Shown here piece after piece: positions 18,726 to 28,125 of a DNA stretch of 64,000 nt. Every line of letters begins with the position of its first letter. Position 1 is the first letter of the stretch. The translations under genes and the position numbers were made by a program. Below the pieces are notes generated by a model that saw only the letters and a list, made by a program, of their open reading frames with translations, had not been told where the DNA came from and did not search any database. The DNA is from Thermoanaerobaculia bacterium (GTDB taxonomy: Bacteria; Acidobacteriota; Thermoanaerobaculia; Multivoradales; Multivoraceae): the NCBI GenBank assembly GCA_965200575.1, contig OZ241363.1:1320212-1384211 (forward strand), in the 5' to 3' direction.

Positions 18726-21700
18726 ATGAAGCACGAATCGAGTCGAGGATCGCTGGCAGCGAGGCGCATTGCCCTGGCCCTGGGGGTGGTTCTGGCCCTG
18801 CCGGTTGCGGGCGCCGGGCAGATCGTGATCACCGAGATCATGCAGAACCCGGGCGCCGTCGGTGACGACGTGGGCGAGTGGTTCGAACTCCACAACGCTG
18901 GCTCGACCGCGGTGGACATCAACGGCTGGATCATCGAGGAGGAAGACGGCAACCCGACTCACACCATCGACAACACCGGCGGCCTCTCGATCGCGGCAGG
19001 TGGTTACATCGTCATCGCTCGCAACGGCGACACCACGGCGAACGGCGGCGTGACCGCCGATTACGTGTACACCGGCCTCGTTCTGGGAAACGGCTCCGAT
19101 TCGCTGGTGCTGAAGAACGGCACGACCGAGATGGACCGCGTGGAGTACGACAACGGCGCGACTTTCCCGGATCCGAACGGCGCCTCGATGGCCCTGAAGT
19201 CGCCCGACCTCGACAACAACGTGGGCAGCAGCTGGGAGGCGTCGACGACCGTCTGGATGGGCAGCGCCGGCGACCGCGGAACTCCCGGCGAAGCGAACTC
19301 CGCTGCCCCACCCCCGATCGAGGAGATCACTGCCGCCGTGTTCGAGATTCAGGGTAACGGCGAGCAGAGCCCCCACGTCGGCAAGCTGGCGACCTCGAAC
19401 GGCAACGTGGTCACCGCGCTGACATCGAACGGTTTCTTCATGCAGACGCCGACGGCTTCGAGCGACAACGACGTGGACACGTCGGATGGCATCTTCGTGT
19501 ATCTGGACGCCACGCCGACGGTGGAGATCGGCGACGTGGTGAACGTGGTGGGCCTGGTCCAGGACGGCTCGGCCGCGCCGACCTACGGGATGACCCGCCT
19601 GGCCGCCGATTCCGGGACTTCGGGCGCCTCGGTGACGAGAACGGGCAGCGGCGCCCTGCCGGATGCCGTTGCGTTCGGCGACCACCGGCCGTCGCCCGAT
19701 CCGAACGCCCCGAGCTGTGCCATCGAGTACGAGTGCTACGAAGGGATGCTCATCTCGGTCGCCCTGGGTACGGTGGCGACGGGGAACCAGTACTTCGGGA
19801 GCGACAACGAGGCGGAGGTCTTCTTCACCCCGACCGGCGAGCGCGCCTTCCGCGAGCCCGGGCTCGAACGGGCGATCCCCCTGCGGCCCGACTTGCCGGT
19901 GTTCGACGGCAACCCCGAGCTGTTCGAGCTCGACCCGGACCGGGCCGGTCTGGCGAACCGGCTTCTCAACCCGGGCTCCACCTTCAGCGCCACGGGAGTT
20001 GTCGGGTACGAGTTCTCCGACTACGAGCTCTGGCCCACACAACTCACCATCCTGTCCGAGACGACCCTGCCGCGGCCGGTGCGTGCGGCTGCGGCCGGCG
20101 AGGTCACGGTGGGCTCGCTGAACGTCCTGAACCTGGGGCAGAGCAGGAGCGCCACCGCCGACAAGGTGGCCAAGATCTCGCTCCACGTCCGCGAGGTTCT
20201 GGGCGCCCCCGACATCCTGGGCCTCCAGGAGGTGTACACGCTGGCCGACCTGCAGACGCTGGCGGACAGGATCGCCACAGATGATCCGTCGGTTCTCTAC
20301 TCGCCCTACCTCGAGACGGGGGCCCACGACCCGGGCCAGAACGTCGGCTTCCTCGTGCGTTCGCGCGTCATGGTTGACGCCGTGACCCAGCTCGGCGCCG
20401 ACGAGATGTTCCTGAATCCGAACACGCTGGAGCCGAACATCCTGCACGATCGTCCGCCGCTGCTGCTGGAGGCCGAGGTGGACGGGCTGGCGATCTCGGT
20501 GATCGTCATCCACAACCGCTCGCTGATAAACGTCGGGACGGACGCGCGTGTGCGCGAGAAGCGCCTGCAGCAGGCCCAGTCGGTCGCACGGATGGCGCAG
20601 GAGCGCCAGGCCGACCGGCTCATCGTCGTGGGCGACTACAACGCCTACCAGTTCAGCGACGGTCTCGTGCATGTTCTGGCGCAGATCACGGGCCGGGTGG
20701 ACCCTTCGTCCGCGCTGGTTTCCGGCCCGGACCTGGTCGACCCCGACCTGACCAACCTGATCTCGCTGCTGCCCGAAGGCGAACGCTACTCGTACGTGTT
20801 CCGAGGCAGCGCCCAGGCCCTGGACCATGCGGTGGTGAACGAGGCGATGGCCCGGCACGTCGTCGACTTCGCGTTCGGTCGCGGCAACGCGGACGCGCCG
20901 GAGAAGTTCGAGCGCGACGAGACGAGCCCGCTCGGTTCGTCCGACCACGACGGTTTCGTCGTCTACCTGTCGGTGGAAGGGCGGCCCGAGCCGCCGCCTC
21001 CGCCGCTGCCACCACCGCCACCGCCGCCCGCGGAGGCCTTGCTGAGGGTTGCCGCCTTGGGCGTCGTCGCGTCGGAGACGCTCGTGAGCTACGAGGTCCG
21101 GGTGCGGAACGTCGGCCCCGGGGCCGCGTCCGGCGTGGTCGTCACCAGCGCCGTGACCGCCGACGACGCCACGGCTGCCGTCTCGACGACCGGCTGTGAC
21201 GAGGACCCGACAGGCGTGCCGAGCTGCAGCCTCGGTCGCATCGGGCCGGGGCAGTCGGCCACCTTCGCGGTCCACGTGGTAACGGAGGCGGCAGGCCCGG
21301 GTTCGATCACCTGGCGGGGCGCCGCGGCCAGCGACGGCAAGCCGGCCGCGCCCGGCGCCTCCGGCGCGGACAGGGTCGCGCTCGGCCTGCCGTCCGCGCC
21401 GTCCTCGCTTGCGGCAGCCGCGATGGGCGCCACGGAGGTCGAGCTGCGCTGGCAGGACAACTCGACGGTCGAGACCGGGTTCGCCGTTTTCCAGCAGGGT
21501 CCCGGCGACTCGACGATGCGCCACATCGGCATGACGCCGGCGGGTGCGACCTCGGTCGTCGTGGCCGATCTGGTCCCCGCCGTGACGTACCGGTACGCGG
21601 TCGAGGCGCGCAACGGCGCCCTGGCCTCCGAGCGGACGCCGGCCGTCTCGGCGACGACCTGGGGCGCCGAGGCCGCCAGGTGCGGCGAGGACGACGTCGT

Positions 21701-22487
21701 CTGCCTGGGCCGCTTCCAGGTCGAGGCGGAGTGGACGGCTCACGACGGTGTCGCGGGCCGCGGCGTCGCCGAGCGCCTCACTCGCGACACGGGCGACTTC
21801 TGGTTCTTCAGCCGCGAGAACATCGAGCTCATCGTCAAGGTCCTGGACGGCTGCGCGATCAACGGTCACCGGTGGGTGGGCATCGCCGGCCTGACGGACG
21901 TGGGCGTTACGGCCACGGTGCGCGACCTGCAGGTCGGCACGGTTCGGAGCTGGACGTCCGAGGTCGGCGGCCTGTTCGAGCCGGTGCTGGACACGTCTGC
22001 GTTCGTTTGCGAGCCTGCGTCCGACGCGCTCCTTGGCGGCGGGGTCGTTCTGAGCGGCGCTCCGCGCGGACTGCTGGAGTCGGCGCTCGACGGGAGCGTG
22101 GCCCTTGATCAGCGCCCGTCGCCGGCGGACGATTCCTGCGGCGGCCCCGAGGGCACGCTGTGCCTGGCGCACGGCGCCTACGGGGTGCGTGCGAGCTGGC
22201 GGGCAGGCGACCGTGCCGGCGACGCCACGGGTATCCGCCGCACCGCCGACACGGGCATGTTCTGGTTCTTCAACCCGGAGAACATCGAACTGGCCGTCAA
22301 GGTCGTGAACGGCTGCGCCCTGAACGGCCATCGCTGGGTCCTGATGGGCGGCCTGACCGACGTCGCGGTAGACGTCGAGGTCACGGAGGCGGCATCCGGC
22401 GGGACGAGGATGTACGGGAGCCCGGGCGGCGAGCCGTTCCGGACGCTCTTCGACGCGAGGGCCTTCCGCTGCGAGGCGGGGGAGTAG
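18726..22487 (+). CDS. Large extracellular nuclease, ExeM/NucH-like: lamin-tail domain + endonuclease/exonuclease/phosphatase (EEP) domain + poly-Pro linker + FN3-like + two tandem unclassified Cys-containing C-terminal domains
   Basis: A signal peptide precedes the LTD motif (ITEIMQNPGAVGDDVGEWFELHN…INGWIIEEEDG). The EEP core reads VGSLNVLNLGQ…ILGLQEV…SDHDGFVV. A P10 linker (PPPPLPPPPPPP) follows, then FN3-like strands (…VELRWQDNS…YRYAVEARN). Two ~115-aa repeats starting at C…CLGRFQVEAEW / C…CLAHGAYGVRASW share FWFF..ENIEL.VKV..GCA.NGHRWV..GLTDV. AGGAG sits 6 nt upstream of the ATG. Confidence 0.75.
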   Translation: MKHESSRGSLAARRIALALGVVLALPVAGAGQIVITEIMQNPGAVGDDVGEWFELHNAGSTAVDINGWIIEEEDGNPTHTIDNTGGLSIAAGGYIVIARNGDTTANGGVTADYVYTGLVLGNGSDSLVLKNGTTEMDRVEYDNGATFPDPNGASMALKSPDLDNNVGSSWEASTTVWMGSAGDRGTPGEANSAAPPPIEEITAAVFEIQGNGEQSPHVGKLATSNGNVVTALTSNGFFMQTPTASSDNDVDTSDGIFVYLDATPTVEIGDVVNVVGLVQDGSAAPTYGMTRLAADSGTSGASVTRTGSGALPDAVAFGDHRPSPDPNAPSCAIEYECYEGMLISVALGTVATGNQYFGSDNEAEVFFTPTGERAFREPGLERAIPLRPDLPVFDGNPELFELDPDRAGLANRLLNPGSTFSATGVVGYEFSDYELWPTQLTILSETTLPRPVRAAAAGEVTVGSLNVLNLGQSRSATADKVAKISLHVREVLGAPDILGLQEVYTLADLQTLADRIATDDPSVLYSPYLETGAHDPGQNVGFLVRSRVMVDAVTQLGADEMFLNPNTLEPNILHDRPPLLLEAEVDGLAISVIVIHNRSLINVGTDARVREKRLQQAQSVARMAQERQADRLIVVGDYNAYQFSDGLVHVLAQITGRVDPSSALVSGPDLVDPDLTNLISLLPEGERYSYVFRGSAQALDHAVVNEAMARHVVDFAFGRGNADAPEKFERDETSPLGSSDHDGFVVYLSVEGRPEPPPPPLPPPPPPPAEALLRVAALGVVASETLVSYEVRVRNVGPGAASGVVVTSAVTADDATAAVSTTGCDEDPTGVPSCSLGRIGPGQSATFAVHVVTEAAGPGSITWRGAAASDGKPAAPGASGADRVALGLPSAPSSLAAAAMGATEVELRWQDNSTVETGFAVFQQGPGDSTMRHIGMTPAGATSVVVADLVPAVTYRYAVEARNGALASERTPAVSATTWGAEAARCGEDDVVCLGRFQVEAEWTAHDGVAGRGVAERLTRDTGDFWFFSRENIELIVKVLDGCAINGHRWVGIAGLTDVGVTATVRDLQVGTVRSWTSEVGGLFEPVLDTSAFVCEPASDALLGGGVVLSGAPRGLLESALDGSVALDQRPSPADDSCGGPEGTLCLAHGAYGVRASWRAGDRAGDATGIRRTADTGMFWFFNPENIELAVKVVNGCALNGHRWVLMGGLTDVAVDVEVTEAASGGTRMYGSPGGEPFRTLFDARAFRCEAGE

Positions 22488-22592
22488 CGGCGGCGAGTGG
22501 CGGCCGCCGTCAGGTCTTGTCGGGGCCTGCCGGCGCTATCATCGCGCCTTGAGGCGGCTGATGGCACTGCCCTGAACGTGGAGGAGGTCTGA

Positions 22593-23642
22593 ATGGGCGA
22601 CGGGGCGGCGACTCTGAAGGCGGTGCAGCTGGGGAGCAACTGCGGACTTCGGGTGTCCGAGCTTTGCCTGGGGACGATGAACTTCGGCGAGCCGGGCAGG
22701 GGCCATCAGGGCGACTGGACGCTCGACCTCGACGCCTCGCGGCCGATTTTCCGGGCCGCCATCGAGCGGGGTCTCTTCTACTTCGACTGCGCCGACATCT
22801 ACGGCATCGGCGCCTGCGAGAAGGTGGTCGGCGCCCTGCTGCGCGAGCTGCTGCCGCGCGACGAGTACGTGCTGGCCACGAAGGTCGCCATGCCGATGGG
22901 GAGGTCGCCGAACCAGGGCGGCCTGTCGCGCAAGCACGTCATCGAAGGCGTCGACGCGTGCCTGCGGCGCCTCGGTGTGGACTACATCGACCAGCTGGTC
23001 ATCCATCGCCATCCGCACGGCGTCCCTGGCCAGGTCCAGGCACCCATCGAGGAGACCCTGGAGGCGCTGCACGACGTGGTCAGGGCCGGAAAGGTCCTCT
23101 ACCTCGGCGCCTCGTCCATGTTCGCGTGGCAGTTTGTCGAGCTGCAGATGACGGCGCGGCTTGAGGGCTGGACCGAGTTCGTGTCCATGCAGAACCACTA
23201 CAACCTCGTCTACCGGGAGGAAGAGCGCGAGATGAACCCGTACTGCGCCAGTACCGGGGTTGCGCTGACGCCGTGGTCGCCGCTGGCGCGCGGCATCCTG
23301 ACCGGCTCCTACCGGGGCAGCTTCGACGAGGGCGGCACGGACCGCTCGAAGGGCGGAGACCGGAGACGCACGGAGGGCCTCTATCGCGGCGCCGCCACGT
23401 TCGACATCGCCGACCGCGTGGTCGAGGTGGCGGAGAAGTACGGCCGCACCCCGGCCCAGATCTCCCTCGCCTGGCTGCTGAGCAAGCCGGAAGTCACCTC
23501 GCCGGTGGTCGGCGTATCGAAGGTCGGGCAACTCGAGCAGCTCGTCGAGGCCACCGCCATCGAGCTCGACGCCGACGACGTGACCTACCTCGAGGAGCTC
23601 TACCAGCCGGTCGAGAACCTGCTGGCGCTCGGCAGCTCCTGA
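22593..23642 (+). CDS. Aldo/keto reductase
   Basis: AKR family blocks are present (LGTMNFG, FDCADIYG, Y..AS.MF). Length is 349 aa. Confidence 0.85.
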   Translation: MGDGAATLKAVQLGSNCGLRVSELCLGTMNFGEPGRGHQGDWTLDLDASRPIFRAAIERGLFYFDCADIYGIGACEKVVGALLRELLPRDEYVLATKVAMPMGRSPNQGGLSRKHVIEGVDACLRRLGVDYIDQLVIHRHPHGVPGQVQAPIEETLEALHDVVRAGKVLYLGASSMFAWQFVELQMTARLEGWTEFVSMQNHYNLVYREEEREMNPYCASTGVALTPWSPLARGILTGSYRGSFDEGGTDRSKGGDRRRTEGLYRGAATFDIADRVVEVAEKYGRTPAQISLAWLLSKPEVTSPVVGVSKVGQLEQLVEATAIELDADDVTYLEELYQPVENLLALGSS

Positions 23643-23769
23643 GCCACCGGCGCTTCTGTCGCCACTTCGTTCCGGCAGCCTCTCCTCGTCGAGCTCGCCC
23701 AGGCACGACTTGAGCCGTCAGGTCCGTAGGGGCCTCAGGGGGCTGGAGGCAAGCGACTCCCGATGCCTC

Positions 23770-24096
23770 TCATGCAGGTACAACCACCCGTGGCGCTGCC
23801 GACCGCAGCGGGCGCCGACTCACTTCGTCGACGGTGATGCGGGGCCCTGCGTTCAGGAGCTCGTCGGGGGCGAGCCGGGCCCGCTGCTGGACCTCCAGGT
23901 CGTCCAGGGTGAGGCAGAGACGATCGGCGCTGAACGGCTCGGTCTGCACGAGGGTGCTCTTGCCCGTCTGGCGTGCACCCATGAGGACCACGACGGGCGA
24001 AGTCGCCAGCGCGCGCTCCAGCAGCTGGCTGGCGAAACGAGGCAGGTGAGGATGATCGCCCACGGCGTGGGCGATCATCGCCCATGACGCGGGCAA
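23770..24096 (-). pseudogene. Truncated AAA+ ATPase (DUF4143/AAA_14-like) N-terminal remnant
   Basis: Walker A VVLMGARQTGKSTL and the downstream ITVDEV block are present (compare GPRQVGKTTL / IDEIQ in full-length ~400-aa family members). The frame terminates after ~100 aa. Confidence 0.5.
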
Positions 24097-24129
24097 TCAG
24101 CAAGAAGGTCGGGGCGAACGGCGGTTCGG

Positions 24130-24280
24130 CATCGTCCGTGCGTGCGCGGATTCCGACGGGTCGAACGACCTCGCGAACCTGCGGACACTGCATCGTCCGT
24201 GCGTGCGCGGATTCCGACGAGGGAGGCCTTCTGATGGCCAAGACTGAATCGCATTGTCCGTGCGTGCGCGGGTTCCGAAG
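24130..24280. CRISPR. CRISPR-like mini-array: 3 x 29-bp direct repeat (CATCGTCCGTGCGTGCGCGGATTCCGACG) separated by two unrelated 32-bp spacers; third repeat degenerate
   Basis: Repeats at 24130-24158 and 24191-24219 are identical. The third (24252-24280) has 3 mismatches (CATTGTCCGTGCGTGCGCGGGTTCCGAAG). The period is exactly 61 bp. The spacers GGTCGAACGACCTCGCGAACCTGCGGACACTG and AGGGAGGCCTTCTGATGGCCAAGACTGAATCG share no similarity, and spacer 2 (~56% GC) is below the window's GC content. No cas genes are in the window. Confidence 0.4.
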
Positions 24281-24568
24281 CGCGGGGCGTCGGGCTCGGC
24301 AGAGCTTCCGGCCACGGTGGCGGAGACCTGATGAGGGGGCTTGCTGGCCAAGAACTCGCGGCGGCGGGGCCAGCGGAGGTGTCTCGGCCGAGGCGCTATC
24401 ATCGGCGCTCCTTTCTTGCCTGACACGGGAGATCAGCGGTTGAGGCTGCAAGTTCGCTCCGAAATCGACGGTTGGCGGAACCGGGGCTCTGCGGTCGCGC
24501 CGCCCGGTCGCTCCGAGCGGCGCGGGCCATGGGCGAGTCTCCGGGGCGCCCGAGCAGGGGTCGGCGCG

Positions 24569-26380
24569 ATGGCGGCCATCGTCTGCGCCCTGGTCCTGGC
24601 CCTGTCGAGCGGCGCTGCGGGCGCTCCGCGCGATGCCGACCGTGACGCCTGGATCGGCGACCTGTCACCGCTGGCCGAGGAGGCGTTCGGCCACGAGGAG
24701 GCCGCTCATCTGCTGGAACGGGCGGGCTTCGGCGGCGCGCCGGAACAGATCGAGGAGCTCGTGGCCCTGGGCCTCGAAGGGGCAGTCGCCAGCCTGGTCG
24801 ACTACGAGCAGGTTGACGACTCGGACCTGCCCGAGTTCGACGAGTCCGGCATCTGGGACGAAGGCATGGACCCATTCCCGCCCAGCCGTGCCGCCGCGGT
24901 GCGCATCGGACGCCGAGACGGCCGGGCGCTTGGCGTGGACCTGCTGCCGGACGGCGCCTCGCGGCCGCTGCAGCCGGTAGTCGACAAGTTCTTCTACGGC
25001 CTGCGCAGCAACGCGGCCGAGACCCGGCGCCTCGGCCTGTGGTGGGGCGACCGGATGGTCCGGACGCCGCGTCCGCTGGAAGAGAAGATGACGCTCTTCT
25101 GGCACGACCACTTCGCCACTTCCGAGGTGAAGGTCCGCGACGTGCGGAAGATGCACCTGCAGAACCTCACCCTGCGCGAACACGCCACCGGCGACTTCAG
25201 ACGCCTGCTGCTGGCGGTGATGCGCGACCCGGCGATGCTGGTTTACCTGGACAACCGGGAGAACGTGAAGGACCACCCGAACGAGAACTTCGGCCGCGAG
25301 CTGCTGGAGCTGTTCACGATGGGGGTGGGCAACTACACCGAGCAGGACATCCGCGAGGCGTCCCGGGCGTTCACCGGCTGGACCAACGACGTGCTGGATT
25401 TTCGGTTCGATGCCGAGCTCCACGACGACGGTCCGAAGAGGTTCCTGGGCCGGGAGGGCAACTTCGGCGGCGAGGACGTGCTGGACATCATCCTCGAGCA
25501 GCCGGCCACGGCCGAGTTCGTCGGCGGCAAGGTGTACCGCTACCTCGTGCGCGAGGACCCGGCGCCGGAAGTTCAGGCCCAGCTGGGCAGGCGCCTGCGT
25601 GAATCCGGCTACGAGATGAAGGCGCTGCTCCGCACGATCCTCATGTCGCGCGACTTCTACAGTCCGCCCTCGGTGGCGACGCAGATCAAGAGCCCGGTTC
25701 AGCTGGTCGTCTCCACGCTGCGCAAGCTGGGCGTGGAGACGGCGCCGACCGTCCCGGACATGAACGGCCTGACCGGGCGCCTGGGGCAGCAGCTGCTCTA
25801 TCCGCCGAACGTGGCCGGCTGGGCCGGAGGGCGCACCTGGATCACTCCGGCGACGTTGCTCGAGCGCGGCAACGCCATGCGCTCCGTGCTCTTCCCGCCG
25901 ACGCTCGAGGAGTTCGGGCAGCCGGACCGGCGCATGCCCGGGATTTACCGGCAGGTCGGTGAGCGGCTGGCGCAGGGCATGAGCATCACCGCGGCCACGA
26001 AGCAGGGGGACGCCGCCTCGAACGCGATGGCAGATGCCGACGAGGAGTACAACACGCGCTACGGCGGTTACCGCGGCTACGCGATGGCGTACGAGCGGGT
26101 CAAACCGGTTCCGCGGCACGTCCTCGACGTGGACCTTCGCGCGATGGTGCTCGCGGCCGGCGCCAGTGACGCCGGGGAGGCCGTCGACCACCTGCTGGAC
26201 CGTTTCCTGCGCGCGCCGCTGTCTGAGGCCGGTCGGTTGGCGCTGGTGGACTACCTGGGCGCCGAGCTGGGTGCGGCCGGCCTGGGCGACCGGTCGGGCG
26301 CAGCGCCGGAGCGGGTCGAGCAAGCGCTGCGCTCCACGCTCTACCTCATCTTCAGCGCACCGGAGTACCAGCTTGGCTGA
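24569..26380 (+). CDS. DUF1800 family protein (secreted)
   Basis: The DUF1800 signature ELLELFTMGVGNYTEQDIREASRAFTGW is present with an N-terminal signal (MAAIVCALVLALSSGAAG). It is paired with a DUF1501 gene downstream, the canonical arrangement. Confidence 0.8.
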   Translation: MAAIVCALVLALSSGAAGAPRDADRDAWIGDLSPLAEEAFGHEEAAHLLERAGFGGAPEQIEELVALGLEGAVASLVDYEQVDDSDLPEFDESGIWDEGMDPFPPSRAAAVRIGRRDGRALGVDLLPDGASRPLQPVVDKFFYGLRSNAAETRRLGLWWGDRMVRTPRPLEEKMTLFWHDHFATSEVKVRDVRKMHLQNLTLREHATGDFRRLLLAVMRDPAMLVYLDNRENVKDHPNENFGRELLELFTMGVGNYTEQDIREASRAFTGWTNDVLDFRFDAELHDDGPKRFLGREGNFGGEDVLDIILEQPATAEFVGGKVYRYLVREDPAPEVQAQLGRRLRESGYEMKALLRTILMSRDFYSPPSVATQIKSPVQLVVSTLRKLGVETAPTVPDMNGLTGRLGQQLLYPPNVAGWAGGRTWITPATLLERGNAMRSVLFPPTLEEFGQPDRRMPGIYRQVGERLAQGMSITAATKQGDAASNAMADADEEYNTRYGGYRGYAMAYERVKPVPRHVLDVDLRAMVLAAGASDAGEAVDHLLDRFLRAPLSEAGRLALVDYLGAELGAAGLGDRSGAAPERVEQALRSTLYLIFSAPEYQLG

Positions 26381-26598
26381 GTTCGCGCGGCATGTGGCAA
26401 CAGGTCGCGGCGGCGTCCGGGCGTCGGCATCCGTCCGCCGCTGTCCGGCGCCGGGGCCGGACCTTGCCCTGGTCGGCGACCCTCCTCCCGCCGGCAGGCC
26501 AGGCGGCCTGGCGATGCTGTCAGCAGGCGTCGTCCGACGTGCATCCCGTCGCTTTGAGCGGCAGCAGCCGCAGCAACCGACAGCTCAGGGAGCCCGAC

Positions 26599-27867
26599 AT
26601 GAGTGAACGACTTTCCTGTGGCTGCTCGCGGCGCGACTTCATGCGTCGCGGCTTGCTGGGTATCGGCGTGGCTGCCGGCCTGCCGACCGTTCTCGGCCGC
26701 ACGTCGGCGGCACTCGCGCTCGAGGAGCTGCAAGCCGGCACGGCGGGCGGTCCGACCGACCTCTCCCGGCGCATCCTCGTCGTTGTCGAGCTCTCGGGCG
26801 GCAACGACGGCCTGAACACGGTCGTCCCCTTTCGCAACGACGAGTACTACCGCGTCCGCCCGAACCTGGGCATCCGTCCCCGGCAGGTGCTGCAGCTCGA
26901 GGACGAGGCAGGCCTGCACCCGTCGATGGTCGGCATGGAGCGGCTGTACAAGGAAGGGCAGCTGGCGGTAGTGGAAGGCTGCGGCTATCCGAACCCCAGC
27001 CTGTCGCACTTCTCGTCCATGGGCTTCTGGCATACCGGCGTGCCGAACGGCGGCGAGGATCTCGGCTGGCTCGGCCGTCTGGCCGACGACCACGGCCCCG
27101 ACGGCGCCCCGAACTACATCGTCAACGTGGCCCGCTCGCAGGCGCTGGCCGTCCGGGCGGCCCGTCACTCGCCGCTTGTCTTCGACGACCCGGGTCGGTT
27201 GCGGCGCCTCGGCACGGCGCGGCAGAAGCAGGCGCTCGATCGGCTGAGCGTGGACGAGCCGAGCGGCAACGACGCGCTCGACTTCGTGCGCGGCACGGCC
27301 TCCAACGCGGCTTCGAGCGCCGCGCTCGTGCGCGACGCCTGGTCCGGCTACAGGACGCCGGTCGACTACGGCATCGGCGGTCTGGGCGTGGACCTGCGCA
27401 AGGTGGCGGCTCTGATTCAGGCCGACCTGCCCACCCGCATCTACTACGTCAGCTTCCGCGGCAACTCGTTCGACACCCACGTCCACCAGGCGGACACCCA
27501 CGCCCGGCTGCTCATGTACATGTCCGACGCCGTTGCCGGCTTCCTGCGCGACGTGGAGCGGATCGGCCGGGCCGACGACGTGTCGGTGCTCATGTTCACC
27601 GAATTCGGGCGGCGAGTGGAGGAGAACGGCAGCCTCGGCACCGACCACGGCACCGCCGGCCCGATGTTTGTCGCCGGCAAGGGCATGACCGGCGGCTTCT
27701 TCGGCGAGACCCCCAGCCTGACCGACCTCGACGACGGCAACCTGAAGATGACCACCGACTTCAGGCGCGTCTACGCCTCGGCCATCGAAGGCTGGATGGG
27801 GATGGAAGACGCCTCGCCCGTGCTCAAGGGCGCCTTCGAGCCCCTGCCGATCTTCGCCCCGACCTAG
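26599..27867 (+). CDS. DUF1501 family protein (Tat-secreted, sulfatase-like fold)
   Basis: The twin-arginine motif SRRDFMRRGLLGIGVAAG is followed by conserved SGGNDGLNTVVP and TEFGRRVEENGSLGTDHG blocks. Confidence 0.8.
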   Translation: MSERLSCGCSRRDFMRRGLLGIGVAAGLPTVLGRTSAALALEELQAGTAGGPTDLSRRILVVVELSGGNDGLNTVVPFRNDEYYRVRPNLGIRPRQVLQLEDEAGLHPSMVGMERLYKEGQLAVVEGCGYPNPSLSHFSSMGFWHTGVPNGGEDLGWLGRLADDHGPDGAPNYIVNVARSQALAVRAARHSPLVFDDPGRLRRLGTARQKQALDRLSVDEPSGNDALDFVRGTASNAASSAALVRDAWSGYRTPVDYGIGGLGVDLRKVAALIQADLPTRIYYVSFRGNSFDTHVHQADTHARLLMYMSDAVAGFLRDVERIGRADDVSVLMFTEFGRRVEENGSLGTDHGTAGPMFVAGKGMTGGFFGETPSLTDLDDGNLKMTTDFRRVYASAIEGWMGMEDASPVLKGAFEPLPIFAPT

Positions 27868-28125
27868 GTTCGAGTCTGGCGGTCGGTACGGGGCGTCGCC
27901 CGCCAGCGTGCGAAGTCGGCAGGGCCTCCTGTGACGCGAACGGCCTTCCGGCCGAGACCCCGGTTGCCCGCTTCACGGGTGCTCACGTGCCGGACGCTCC
28001 CGATTCTGCGGACGCAGACGCAAGTGGGCCGCGGGATCTGGATCCGACGTTTCCGGGCGGGTTCGGCCAGTGCCGCCTGTCGATGGCGGACCTGGCGCAG
28101 GCGGTGCTACCGGAACTCCACGTAG

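Noticed and set aside
17343-22331. 1662-aa ORF on the minus strand
   Set aside because: It is antisense to the TPR and nuclease genes. The translation is Arg/Gly/Ala-rich low complexity typical of reverse-strand reading of 70% GC coding DNA, and no domain was recognisable. The same applies to the 6544..9666(+), 29616..32078(+), 34645..37497(+), 51523..55830(-), 2139..3998(-), 24665..26323(-) and 43849..45972 (upstream extension) ORFs.
23770-24096. Intact small ATPase gene
   Set aside because: Only Walker A and the first conserved block of a ~400-aa family are present before the frame ends. It is called a gene remnant instead.
24084-24443. 119-aa + strand ORF spanning the 29-bp repeats
   Set aside because: Its internal amino-acid repeats (…VRARIPTGRT… / …VRACADSDEG… / …VRGFRSAGRR…) simply mirror the 61-bp DNA periodicity. 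There is no start context, and it overlaps the ATPase remnant antisense.
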